A stretch of DNA of 63,750 nt, the filler included, from Octopus bimaculoides (Eukaryota), in NCBI RefSeq assembly GCF_001194135.2. It is 7 parts of 7 records of this genome, joined end to end, with 100 filler letters (N's around TTAATTAATTAA, not from the genome) between each part and the next. Parts side by side here need not be neighbours in the genome. Positions count along the whole stretch, not along the records: positions 20,610 to 42,963 come from NC_068989.1; positions 43,064 to 49,855 come from NC_068986.1; positions 49,956 to 58,845 come from NC_068999.1; 4 more parts are not named here. One strand, written 5' to 3'. The notes under the pieces are model-generated. The model was not told where the DNA came from and searched no databases. It saw nothing but the letters and a program-made list of their open reading frames with translations. Positions within the stretch are counted from its first letter, which is position 1. Each line of letters begins with the position of its first letter. Made by a program: the position numbers and the translations under genes. Of the stretch, positions 37,881 through 50,564 are shown piece after piece.

Positions 37881-38371
37881 CAAGCTTGGACAGGAGACAA
37901 ACAAGAACACGTCTTCCTTGATCCAGCTATAACGGAGAGAAAGAAAGAAACACAAATTAGGAGAAGAAAGATGGGCGATGGTCACGTGAGAGCCACGTAA
38001 GCAAGGCAGGAAGAGTGAGGGAGAGAGAGTGACAGACAGAGAACTGTGAAGGGGAGAGGAAAAAAATTCGAGATAGGATAAGTGAGAAAAAACAAAAAAC
38101 AGAACATGAGGGGAGAAGGGGAGGTAGAAGAATAAGAGAGAAAAAAAACGAAAGAGTAATAGGATAGAATAATGGGAGAAGAGGAGGTAAAAGAATAAGA
38201 GAGAGAAAGAGAGAAAAACGAAAGAGTAAAAAGATTGTAGAGTGCGCATCAGAATTATTAAGATAAAACTTACTTGGAAGAGGATGCGTGGCGTTCAATC
38301 ATATAATAATATGAATAAAATATATATATGCATATATACATACGTATATGTACATACATCTATACGTATAT

Positions 38372-38525
38372 ATATATGCATATGTGGGCCACAGGACGTC
38401 ACTAAACGTGTTCAGCAAAAAATATGAAGTACGAGTATATGGAATACGAACTATTTTTTCGAACAACGAAAGACACAAATGGAAAACAAGACAAACAACA
38501 CAAAAAACGACCCTTCATCAGTTGT
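38372..38525. repeat. Unclassified interspersed repeat, second copy (direct orientation)
   Basis: Match to 37533-37686. Confidence 0.75.
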
Positions 38526-40218
38526 TTTCTATATATATATGAATTTACTTCTTTTAGTATTTGGGTTGTAAATTTCTTGATGTGATCTCGCATGTTAAAA
38601 CATTTTTTGTTGTATCACAAGTGGGTAATTTTGCCGATAACAAATGCGCTGGTTCTATTTCACTTCTTTATTAATTGGCTAACTATTTAACCAATTAAAA
38701 AGTGGAAAGAAAGAAATGAAATAAAACCTGTGCGTGTGTTTATTATTGGCACAATGACGTTCTCGAGACGCAACAAAATATATAAATTTATTTGCTATAT
38801 TAAACTATAGATGACTTTAGTTTTATTTTGAAGAAGATAGAATTTTTAGCCACAAGTATATTTAAACTAAAATGGTATTGGTTTGTGGGTAAAATTAGGA
38901 GTTTGATTCCATTGTCGATCATTTAGAATTCAAATGAATTTAAACAAGCTAGCGTCTGTGCTTTTGTTGGTGCTTCTGAAGGAACGAGCATATTCGTAGA
39001 ATCTAGATTTGGGCTTGTTATTGTCAAGGAAAACTTCAGTAAGTCATTAATGATTTTGTGATACAAACGCCATCGTATGGAGGTGATAGTTACTGCCGTT
39101 GATTTATGGTAAGTGTGATGCGAAGTTAGACGTACAGCTATGAATTATACGCAAGTATGTGTTTGTTCATACAGGACCCGTTTAACGTGTATATTTTCGA
39201 ATAGATATATTTAAAAAAATTGATTCTGCATTCCATTAAAAAAACCATATTCTACATTCCGTCAGTCCCTCCCTTCAGATAAAATAATTAGCTTTTTTCT
39301 TTTTCGCAACATGCTTCGTTATTCTTTCTTTTCTTCCGCCATTCTACTTTTTCCATTTCCTTCTTGTTTCAAATTAACTGAAATGGTTATACATTTATTC
39401 CCCATTTTTATCTCTAAACACATATCAGCACAGTCACTATCTACATCTCACCATAGTGCTTAACCAATGCATGACAACAGCTAACAGCTTTTCGGTTTGA
39501 TTAAGTCTCATAAAATTCAAACCAACAACAAAAACATTCGTAAGATTTCAATTTCACAAGTCATTATATGCAAGAAACGTCTGGATGAATAATCATACAA
39601 TCAAAAACCCAAATTATTTTAACTTAAAAATGTACAACGTTAGCAAAAAAGTTTCCTGATGACAAATAAGAGCCAATTAAAATTTGACATGCAAGAGAAA
39701 TATCTGACATATAAGAGAAATATCTGTATCCCCTCCCATACACATAAAGAAACCCCTGTCACACACACGTATACAGAAAACCACTTTAATGTAAATTTCA
39801 CATTCATCATTTTAAAAATATTCCTTACAGCTAACGAAAGCTTGGGCAAAAATTATAGTTAAAAGCAGAGAAATACATCTATAGATATTTTACCAATATT
39901 TCTTATGCATTTGTGTGTTTTCTTACAGTTTTTATGCATTTATGTATAATAAAGTTCTTTACACAACACTTTCTTAAGAATGATTTTTAGAAATACTTAA
40001 GACAGAAGTTTTCCTATTAATATTTTTGCAACTTTTCATTCAGTGCTATATACCAATCTGTGGAACATAATTTTTTTAATTATTTTTCTGCACGTCCAGC
40101 GGGAACTGAAAAAGTCCAGTCGGTGAATATAAACAATTTTCACAAATACTACAATAAGTCATTGAGGGATCGGAAACGAGAAACTCTGAGTAGCAACCCA
40201 CACACATACACAAATAAT

Positions 40219-40258
<40 letters not shown>

Positions 40259-40499
40259 CAAAAGTAAATGGACACGCCATAAAATATCGTTTTATGTTTA
40301 TTTTCACTTGAAAAGGTATATATTTTGTATTAATTGGCATTTTAATGATTCATGTTCTATATGTGACTGTTTAATCGTGCCACATAGAAAAAAAAAACGC
40401 CTTGGAACTACCCGAATTTCAAATCGACTGTATTGTAGGTCAATCTGAAAGCGGACTTCGCGCAAAATCGCAGAAAACCTTGGGATTCCGATTTCTACA

Positions 40500-41410
40500 G
40501 TTAATAGTATGATTGTGCAATTCATTAGAGAGAGGAAGGAGTCCATATCACCTCATCCAGGTCGACCAGGGCCCTCTGACAGGAGCCTTCGCTTTGTTAA
40601 GAGAAATGTGGAGGATAATCCTCATTGCAAGGCCTCTGACATAGCAGAACAAGTTGATGTCAGTTCCAGAACAGCTCTCAGGTATCTTCACAAACTTAGC
40701 TACTGTAACAGAGCAGCAAGAAGGAAGCCACTTCTTCGACCAGCTAATATCAAGCGGAGAAAAGGTTGGACCAATGAGATATGGTGGAGAGGCCGCTAGA
40801 ATTTTAGAATACTGTCATATTCTCTGATGAGTCCAGATTTGCTGTGTTTTTGACAGTGGTCGAGTGTGGGTCTGGAGACTCTGTGATTAAAAATTTGACG
40901 TGAAAAGATTGCAGTCATCAATGAAACACGGCGGCTATTCTGTGATGGTCTGCGGAGCAATTTGGAGCAATGGTAGATCAGAGCTGGTAGAGTGTGAGGT
41001 AAACATAAACTCAGATAAATATGTGTCCATATTGCAGAAAGGACTCCTTACAATCTTCTCCAGTGGTGGAATGATTAAAGAAAACTATTTATTTATAGAA
41101 GATGGGGCACTTTGTTAAAAAATGGGGCACGGTTAAAAAGACTCAAGATTTGTTGGAAGAGAATCACATTAAAAAGCTTCCATGGCCAAGCCAGTCACCA
41201 GATATGAACCCTATTGAACATCTCTGGGGCATAATGACAGGAAACTTCGTAAAAACAAGAAAGCATCCTCAAAGCCAGATCTTTTCAGATTACTGCATGA
41301 AATTTGGCAAGAAATTCCTCAAGAGAATATTCGTCATCTGATCAGTAGCATATCTAATAGGGTCCATGCATTGAAAATTGCAAAGAGCATCTCTACTAAA
41401 TATTAGATAT
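40500..41410 (+). mobile_element. Tc1-family (DD34E-type) transposase relic
   Basis: GRP...VEDNP, AARRKPLL, IFSDESRF, KHGGYSVMVCGAI, FIEDGA and [15 protein letters not shown], with frameshifts and stops. Confidence 0.9.
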
Positions 41411-41879
41411 TCACATAACAATAATTAATAAATAATTTGAATGTATAATTTAAGATTTATATACATTTTAACGATAATAAGGCTGTCTATTTACATTTGT
41501 TATGTACGTGTGTGTATGTNNNNNNNNNNNNNNNNNNNNNNNNNNNNNNNNNNNNNNNNNNNNNNNNNNNNNNNNNNNNNNNNNNNNNNNNNNNNNNNNN
41601 NNNNNNNNNNNNNNNNNNNNNNNNNNNNNNNNNNNNNNNNNNNNNNNNNNNNNNNNNNNNNNNNNNNNNNNNNNNNNNNNNNNNNNNNNNNNNNNNNNNN
41701 NNNNNNNNNNNNNNNNNNNNNNNNNNNNNNNNNNNNNNNNNNNNNNNNNNNNNNNNNNNNNNNNNNNNNNNNNNNNNNNNNNNNNNNNNNNNNNNNNNNN
41801 NNNNNNNNNNNNNNNNNNNNNNNNNNNNNNNNNNNNNNNNNNNNNNNNNNNNNNNNNNNNNNNNNNNNNNNNNNNNNNN

Positions 41880-41955
<76 letters not shown>

Positions 41956-42200
41956 GCGTATACATCTTTGTATATATATGTTAATATATGTGTGTACATA
42001 TATTTACATATGTACATGCATGTACACATAAATACATATGTATATTCATAGCTACACATATATACATATATATAAATATACATGTATATGTATTTATGTA
42101 TATATCTTTAAATACATGAATATAAATGTACATATACACATATAAGTATAAATATATGCATATATACAAATATATATACACACGTACACACACATACCTA

Positions 42201-42232
<32 letters not shown>

Positions 42233-42287
42233 ACATATATAAGCAAATACACACAAATTTGTGTGTGTGTGTGCGTGGCTTTATATA

Positions 42288-42963
42288 CAGTGTTTTCCAA
42301 AAGTCACTGTACACTTTCATTTTTCTGTTTCGTTTCAGGTATCATTCGGAGGGACGTGAGACCATCAACATTTGACATCTTAGACTTGGCAGTTTTTGTA
42401 AGTGTATCAGTCCCTTGCCAATTGACGTCAGAGCAGCGTTGCAAAATTGCTGCCTGGCAAGAAGTTTTTCAGTCCCCTACTGTAGTTCATCGCAAGTTTG
42501 AGAAGGTTTATGGCCGTCACACTGCTCCAGTACGTAGCACAATTTATGCTATCCATAGCAAGTTTCTTGAAAGAGAATCTGTTCTTATTTCTTTATTGCC
42601 CCTTATTTCTTTATTGCCCATAGAGGGGACAAACAAGGACAGATAAAGAGATTAAGTCGATTACATTGACCCCAGTGCATAACTGGTACTTAATTTATCG
42701 ACCCCGAAAGGATGAAAGGCAAAGTCGACCTCGGCGGAATTTGAACTCAGAACGTAACGGCAGACGAAATACCGTTAAACATTTCGCCCGGCGTGCTAAC
42801 GTTTCTGCCAGCACACCGCCTGTTCTTGACAAACCACGCAGCGGAAGGCCTGCTACAACCACCATTGATGAAAACACCGAACTCCTGAAGCAGGTGTTCG
42901 CGAAAAACTAGGGGAAGTTCATCCGGAGGACTGCACTGGAACTTAGCATCAACAAAAGCTCGA
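42288..42963 (+). mobile_element. Tc1/mariner-superfamily element 5' part (HTH N-terminus), split by a SINE
   Basis: TA|CAGTGTTTTCCAAAAG terminus. LTSEQRCKIAAW...RKFEKVYG...RSTIYAIHSKFLERESVL [SINE] DKPRSGRPATT..DEN...IRRTALELSI; runs into a gap. Confidence 0.8.
42587..42819 (-). mobile_element. SINE family A inserted into a transposase ORF
   Basis: Family A sequence flanked by the 8-bp TSD CTGTTCTT (42579-42586 and 42820-42827). Confidence 0.88.
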
Positions 42964-43063
42964 NNNNNNNNNNNNNNNNNNNNNNNNNNNNNNNNNNNNN
43001 NNNNNNNTTAATTAATTAANNNNNNNNNNNNNNNNNNNNNNNNNNNNNNNNNNNNNNNNNNNN

Positions 43064-43133
<70 letters not shown>

Positions 43134-44503
43134 AGACCAAGAGAATGTGTGTGTGAGAAAAGGCATGAAAATGTGAGAATGCATTTGCATATGAGAAAGA
43201 AGAGAAAGAGATGATCAATCAGTTTTGAGAGGCAGAGGTCATTCGGCAGGATTTGAACTCAGAATATAAAGAGCTAGGTATTTGTCCGACGCTCTGACTC
43301 TTCTGTTAATCCATTGTCTACTACCATAGTGCGTACACAAAGAAGCTACATAGAATATGCGGTGGGGCGGGAGGTAGGTCCTCCGTCGGTCGCTTAAGAC
43401 TTGTTGTTGCCAATACAAACAAGTCTTCCGATGTTTACTCAAGAGAGAAACAATTTCAGAATGCAGAGAACCAGGACAGATATTGAAAGGCATATCGCTC
43501 GTCCCTCTACCAGTTTAATCAATCCAAAGGTTGAGAGACTGCGGAATAGATACTTTCGGGCGTTCTATGTAACATCTTAACGTCTCTGCTAGTTCGCTGA
43601 CCTGGGTGAATTATATAAAAGTGAAGGAAGGAACAAGGTCAAGATACAATATACTGAGAGAAACGTTCTCTCTAAGCTGCGTGGGTGCGTGGCCTTGAAA
43701 TTACTGTGCTGGTGGCATCAAAATATTGATGCTAATTTTAATTTGCAAACGTGAATCTGTTGAGCTGCATTATAGTTTAAAGTTTAAATGCTATACTTAG
43801 TGATCGGTGACAAACATATTTTATGATGGAACTTGTAAGAAAGAACGCTCGTCCAGGATTTTTAAAAAAATGAATAGGGTTCTCTATAGTTCTAAATATG
43901 TTTGTTGTATCAACACTCACACAACATTTGGATTACTTAACTGGAAAACTATTAATCAACACCAGAAACCGCCACATTGACAGTGATATTGAATCACTCT
44001 ATCTAAGTTTAAACTAAGATGCAAAAATTTGACTTTGGCTTTGTTTCAAGCAGGCTTTCAATGTCGCACCATACCTTTTTGGCAACATCTACCGATTGAA
44101 AAATATACGTGAATCAAGACTGCTTACACGAATCAGATGATATTATGAGAGTTGAAAAGGAGCTCCAAGGAAACCATTCCCCGACTGATGACCAAGGTTG
44201 AAATTTCAGGAATTTTCATAACTTCGCCGCAGCGAATTATTCGATGAAAAGTTGTCTGTTTATCAGTTAAAGATAATGTAGGGCCATATTGTCAAAAGCT
44301 TTAGAGTGACAGCCACAGAGAGAACCGAAGCAGTCTCTCTGGGACCAATAACCAGCATATTAATTCTCATCTGGATGGAGAAACTTTTGCAATCCAGGAA
44401 AAGGAGGTACCGACGAAATCCTTGATGCACAAAATTGATACGAATACAGGTAAAACATCTAGACGTGGCAATAGGTGCAGGCTTTATAGAATTAACATCT
44501 AAG

Positions 44504-44728
44504 GCGAGCTGGCAGAATCGTTAGCACGCCGGGCGAAATGCTTAGCGGTATTTCGTCTGCCGTTACGTTCTGAGTTCAAATTCCGCCGAGGTCGACTTTG
44601 CCTTTCATCCTTTCAGGGTCGATAAATTAAGTACCAGTTACGCACGGGTCGATGTAATCGACTTAATCCGTTCGTCTGTCCTTGTTTGTTCCCTTTATGT
44701 TTAGCCCCTTGTGGGCAATAAAGAAATA
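44504..44728 (+). mobile_element. SINE family A (tRNA-like head, Meta-domain-like core), full length, with 16-bp TSD
   Basis: GCGAGCTGGCAGAATCGTTAG...GAGTTCAAATTCC...GCCTTTCATCCTTTCAGGGTCGATAAATTAAGTACC...AATAAAGAAATA. TSD AGAATTAACATCTAAG at 44488-44503 and 44729-44744. Confidence 0.9.
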
Positions 44729-45074
44729 AGAATTAACATCTAAGATGTCACCTACATTGAGAGCAACCGCCAGGTCATCATGTTGCTATCCACTAATGTG
44801 GCGGTGTGTAGCCTTAATATTATACAGTGAAATTAATAGAAACGATCGTCCTAAAGATAAAAATAATGTTACAGTGGTGCCGAGAGCATAATTATTGATA
44901 ACATGCAAGAATACTGGTTGAATATTCATATCAGAGCCTCATTAAAATATTAGCATAATAGTTCAGATATAATGATCTGGGACCAAAACAAAGTATGCAT
45001 AATAAAAGGAATCAGCTGCTCAGGAGATGTTAGTATGGTATTACTGACTGTGGACTCTACTGTCGGAAATAAAA

Positions 45075-45340
45075 GATGGCGGTTCCGCAATTTCTTACTG
45101 AACAACCTGCATAGAGGATTTGTTCATAGTGATAAAATGTCTGTGCTGCACTTTAGCTCACTCTCTCCTTCAAATCAGCGTTGCATCTACCGGTACATGG
45201 CGTATTACACGTCAAATAGTGAAATGATCGAAGATCAACATGAAATTAAGTGTTCTGCTCAAGAACAAAACTCACCACCTGATCTGGGAATCGACACCAT
45301 GATCACAAAAGTATGCATGTAACACGAAAACCATTAGGCC
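45075..45340 (-). mobile_element. Diverged tRNA-derived SINE
   Basis: Minus strand GAAGGCGCGTGGCCTAATGG...GTGTCGATTCCCAG head. Confidence 0.55.
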
Positions 45341-45904
45341 ACGCGCCTTCTCTGTTCATATTAGTAAAAATGAAAACATCTATGCTGAACTGATGGGAAA
45401 TTTATAAATATTTCACTGTATAAATTTATACTTTTAATTATTGGAGCGCTTGGATGTACAATTAAGTTTCTTAATAGCAATCATGAGAAACTGGGCTATT
45501 CAGAAAGGATATGGGTAATTAGGAAATTACTGTTCCAAGCCATTAAAATCAGTTTGAAAACGTGTAAAACGTTCTAGAAGTTTAGCACGTGATAAGTACA
45601 TACACACGCATATGTTAGCAAGCAAACATATGTATATGTACACATACATATGTTACAACACAGATTCAATCATGTACAGCGATAACATTCATACTTGAAA
45701 CACGTAAATACGTGTGACGACACGTACATGCATACTTGCATATATGACTTCCAACTTGATGTCTAAATTCCATTGAAAGAATCTTGTTTCTTGGTTAGAA
45801 ACCCGTTCTTTATTGGTGAGAAATTTGAAAAATAAAACCAGAGGAAGATACTTACATACATAAGTATATGCATACATAACTATACATACATTTATACATA
45901 AATT

Positions 45905-45971
<67 letters not shown>

Positions 45972-47201
45972 TTATGCCTAAAAGAAAGATACAAGCCCGA
46001 CATACACACGCATAGACAGACAATCAAACACATGAGAAATACAAAATCAACACACATATACACACATGTTCGAAAACACTAGATAAATTCAAACTGTTTC
46101 TCTGCGCCATAATCAACATGTCACATCCGCCATCATTTTCTTTTCTTTTACGTTTTCTTGTTTGATTTTTTTCTGCTATTAAAATATTCCGTTTCTACTT
46201 TTGATATTTTTCGTTGTTCTTGTTTTCGTCTTGTATCAAATGAAAACTTTGCTGGGTACCTAAAAATGGTACATGCCCCACGGGTATTGATCTGTATGTA
46301 AGAGATGATCCGATAACACTTTAGCTATAAACCATTTCATAGAAACGTACGAAGGTGGAGGAGGTGTGTGAAAGAGCTAAGAGTTAAAGATTTTGTCTAT
46401 CTTTACAGTTTATTTTATTTTTATTGATTCTATTCCGTTCTGTTATTTATTTATTTTATTTATTTATTCGTTCTGTTGTTTGTATCTGTTTATTTGCTTG
46501 CTAGACTTTATGTTTGTTTAATAGTAGATAACTCTGAGCGATAATGTCGTTGGGTCGATTATTTGAGAGTTAAAGGCGAAAACGTTAGCTCCTCCCCTCA
46601 CACAACATACAACATACATTTTCTCACTCAATCACTCTCTCTTTCTCCCCCATTATATATATACATATACATATACATATATACACACACACACACACAC
46701 ATATATAGGCATGTATCTCTATATATACATATATATATGCATGTATTNNNNNNNNNNNNNNNNNNNNNNNNNNNNNNNNNNNNNNNNNNNNNNNNNNNNN
46801 NNNNNNNNNNNNNNNNNNNNNNNNNNNNNNNNNNNNNNNNNNNNNNNNNNNNNNNNNNNNNNNNNNNNNNNNNNNNNNNNNNNNNNNNNNNNNNNNNNNN
46901 NNNNNNNNNNNNNNNNNNNNNNNNNNNNNNNNNNNNNNNNNNNNNNNNNNNNNNNNNNNNNNNNNNNNNNNNNNNNNNNNNNNNNNNNNNNNNNNNNNNN
47001 NNNNNNNNNNNNNNNNNNNNNNNNNNNNNNNNNNNNNNNNNNNNNNNNNNNNNNNNNNNNNNNNNNNNNNNNNNNNNNNNNNNNNNNNNNNNNNNNNNNN
47101 NNNNNNNNNNNNNNNNNNNNNNNNNNNNNNNNNNNNNNNNNNNNNNNNNNNNNNNNNNNNNNNNNNACACACACACACATATGCATATGACTCTGTCTAC
47201 T

Positions 47202-47244
<43 letters not shown>

Positions 47245-47600
47245 GTCTCTCTCTTTCTGATTCCTTTCGTCTGTCCCGAGTGGAAACAGAAAACGGTACC
47301 AGACACACATGGAATGATGAATATATTTAAACATGGTGCAAGATCAGTCAGTATTTCTTATCCTCTTATGTTAATGCCGGCGGATGCTAGAAACAGTGGA
47401 TTCCTCTCATATGCAACGTCTTTTATTCCGGTTGAAGATCTTTTTTTTCTTTCTGCTAGGTTATCCTTCGTGAACCATTGGCAGTTTCAGTGGATAACGA
47501 ACGATAAACTGATTGGGGTAGAAGAAAATCCTAAGACATGGTCTTCGGCAACATTAGTAGTTTCAGTGGTAGTAGTCATATCAGTTGTAACAGCAGCAAA

Positions 47601-47649
<49 letters not shown>

Positions 47650-47814
47650 GTAGTAGTAGTAGTAGTAGTAGTGGTAGTAGTATTAGCAGCAACAGTAGTT
47701 GTAGTAGCTATATCAATCGCTTTCTTATTTGCCACAAGGGAAACGAAAGAGGACAATACACTCTCGGTCCCTAGAGTGTAGTATCGACGCTCTCAGTGGA
47801 AGTATTACATTAAC

Positions 47815-47824
<10 letters not shown>

Positions 47825-47855
<31 letters not shown>

Positions 47856-48050
47856 GTACCAGGCTGTGGCTCTCATTGGCTTCTGATCATAACTGATTGG
47901 AAGTGTTATCATGTACATTGTTTTGTCTTGGTATAAAAGATGGGCTACAGTAAACATTCTGCTCAATACTACAGATTTGTTTGTCTGTTGCTTGATTCTA
48001 ACCAGTTGAGCATTTCCCTTAGTGACTGACGATATGTGCATCTCTGATCA
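47825..48050 (-). mobile_element. Interspersed retroelement 3' fragment with (ATT)n tail
   Basis: Unique body ending in (AAT)n on the plus strand at 47813-47855. The family assignment is from recall only. Confidence 0.45.
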
Positions 48051-48056
48051 TGAGTA

Positions 48057-48263
48057 GGTATACATATAAGTTTCCTGATCTGATCATGGTATGCATATAA
48101 GTTTCCTGATCTGATCATGGTTTACATATAAGTTTCCTGATCTGATCATGGTATACATATAAGTTTCCTGATCTGATCATGGTATACATATAAGTTTCCT
48201 GATCAGATCATGGTATGCATATAAGTTTCCTGATCTGATCATGGTATACATATAAGTTTCCTG
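48057..48263 (+). repeat. 31-bp minisatellite, 6 full units plus 1 partial
   Basis: Unit GGTATACATATAAGTTTCCTGATCTGATCAT starts at 48057, 48088, 48119, 48150, 48181, 48212 and 48243. An inverted copy lies at 48286-48310. Confidence 0.95.
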
Positions 48264-48439
48264 TACCACTGGAACTCACACACAAGGTACAGGAATCTTA
48301 TATGTATACCATTCTGCTTAAATAATGGAACTGCAGATACAATATCCTTACGTATTTCAAGTCTGTTTTCATTCCTCCACTTCAGTCTGTATTTCATATC
48401 CTCTCTATAATAACTATTGCTTAACCATTTTCTCGCACC

Positions 48440-48487
48440 GTCTCTGATGAAGGGATATATAAAATATCCCGGAAACGGCTGTAAGAC
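48440..48487 (+). ncRNA. Minimal type I hammerhead ribozyme motif
   Basis: GUCU-CUGAUGA-A-GGGAUAU(AUAAA)AUAUCCC-G-GAAA-CGGCUG-UA/AGAC. Stem I GUCU/AGAC, 7-bp stem II, conserved core, GUA cleavage triplet. Stem III ACGGCUGU is self-complementary with two G.U pairs (dimer type). A.G mismatch at the base of stem II. Confidence 0.8.
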
Positions 48488-49955
48488 CTTCTCTTTATAA
48501 ATGTTCTGAAATCTTTTTTCTCAGCCTTGGATTTTTTAAAATCTCATTTTGTTAATTTATATATATATATATNNNNNNNNNNNNNNNNNNNNNNNNNNNN
48601 NNNNNNNNNNNNNNNNNNNNNNNNNNNNNNNNNNNNNNNNNNNNNNNNNNNNNNNNNNNNNNNNNNNNNNNNNNNNNNNNNNNNNNNNNNNNNNNNNNNN
48701 NNNNNNNNNNNNNNNNNNNNNNNNNNNNNNNNNNNNNNNNNNNNNNNNNNNNNNNNNNNNNNNNNNNNNNNNNNNNNNNNNNNNNNNNNNNNNNNNNNNN
48801 NNNNNNNNNNNNNNNNNNNNNNNNNNNNNNNNNNNNNNNNNNNNNNNNNNNNNNNNNNNNNNNNNNNNNNNNNNNNNNNNNNNNNNNNNNNNNNNNNNNN
48901 NNNNNNNNNNNNNNNNNNNNNNNNNNNNNNNNNNNNNNNNNNNNNNNNNNNNNNNNNNNNNNNNNNNNNNNNNNNNNNNNNNNNNNNNNNNNNNNNNNNN
49001 NNNNNNNNNNNNNNNNNNNNNNNNNNNNNNNNNNNNNNNNNNNNNNNNNNNNNNNNNNNNNNNNNNNNNNNNNNNNNNNNNNNNNNNNNNNNNNNNNNNN
49101 NNNNNNNNNNNNNTACACATATATATATATGAAAATTTCCCTTTAATGTGCCTATAGGATATGTTTTGTTGTTGATACAATTGTTGTTTGCCGGGTATTC
49201 TGTTGCTATTGTCAGTGATATGGTAGCCTTTCATCGTGTATTTTCTGTTGTTTTTGTAGTTGTTGTTTCCGCTGTTGGTGGTGTTGCATTTGCTGTAGGT
49301 ACTGCTTCTAGTCATGTAGTTCAAGCTGTAATCTCTGTTACTTCTGCTGCTGTTACTACCGTTAGCGGCTGATGGTTTTACATTAGCTATTATTGATACT
49401 GTTGTTACTATTGTGGTTGCATGCTGTTGCCGGTGCTGTTGTTGTATTTACTTTCAGTGCTGTTACTGCTGTGGTGATAGTCTCAGCAGAAGTTGGCGTC
49501 TTCCGTCTATCCTTCTTTGCTGTGGACAGAAACGTCTTGAGATGGTCTTTGTCACATTACAATTAACAACTTTGATTTCTGCTCTCAACTTACATCATCT
49601 GGATTTCACACAACTTTGCTTCTATGTTACCCTTCCATTCACTTCCTAAGACCACTGAAAATGTAGTGACTGAAAGAAAGCAATTACATCGAATACCAGA
49701 ATATCAGGTGGTGTACACAGTAGCTTTGTTTATTGAGAATACGGCGAAGAAAAGTTGTTTGAGCATCGTTGAGAAAGTTATTTTCGTAATGTTAAGGCTT
49801 TTCACTGATAAATACTTTTTCAACAACATAACCAAAAGTAAGCATTATATGTCTANNNNNNNNNNNNNNNNNNNNNNNNNNNNNNNNNNNNNNNNNNNNT
49901 TAATTAATTAANNNNNNNNNNNNNNNNNNNNNNNNNNNNNNNNNNNNNNNNNNNN

Positions 49956-50279
49956 CTTTAGTCGAGCAAATCGACCCCAGGACTTAGTCTTTGTAAGCCT
50001 AGTACTTATTCTATCGGTCCCGTTTGCCGAACCGCTAAGTTACGGGGACGTAAACACACCAACATCAGTTGTCAAGCGATGTTGGTGGGGGGACAAACAT
50101 ATACACGCACATACATATATACATATATTTGCAATGGGCTTCTTCCAGTTTCCATCTACCAAATCCACTCACAAGGCTTTGGTCGGCCCGAGGCTATAAT
50201 AGAAGACACTTGCCCAAGGTGCCACACAGTGGGACTGAACTCGGAACCATGTGGTTGGTAAGCAAGCTACTTACCACAC
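49956..50279 (-). mobile_element. SINE family B
   Basis: Match to family B. Confidence 0.85.
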
Positions 50280-50564
50280 AATGTTGAAGTGTGTTGAATA
50301 TTAAAAAAATATTTTGTAATGCTCATAAAGTTCAATTAGCGCTTACGTTTAACACACATCAACATTGTAAAAGAAATTTTTTAATACAATAATGAAAAAC
50401 GTGAAAACCAGACCATGTTTTAACTTTATTCAACCGATACATAAACAGCCACAACCGCGCGCGCGCGCACAGACACACACACACACACACACGTGCTATC
50501 ATTACACACACATACAGACCTGCGCGCCTGCACATACACACACATCCCTCCTTCTCTTGCACTC

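Noticed and set aside
44185-44210. CTGATGA-CCAAGGTT-GAAA (and CTGAAGA...GAAA at 19633)
   Set aside because: No viable stem II and poor stem I; likely chance matches.
48057-48263. CRISPR-like array
   Set aside because: Head-to-tail identical units with no unique spacers, in a eukaryotic context with no cas genes.
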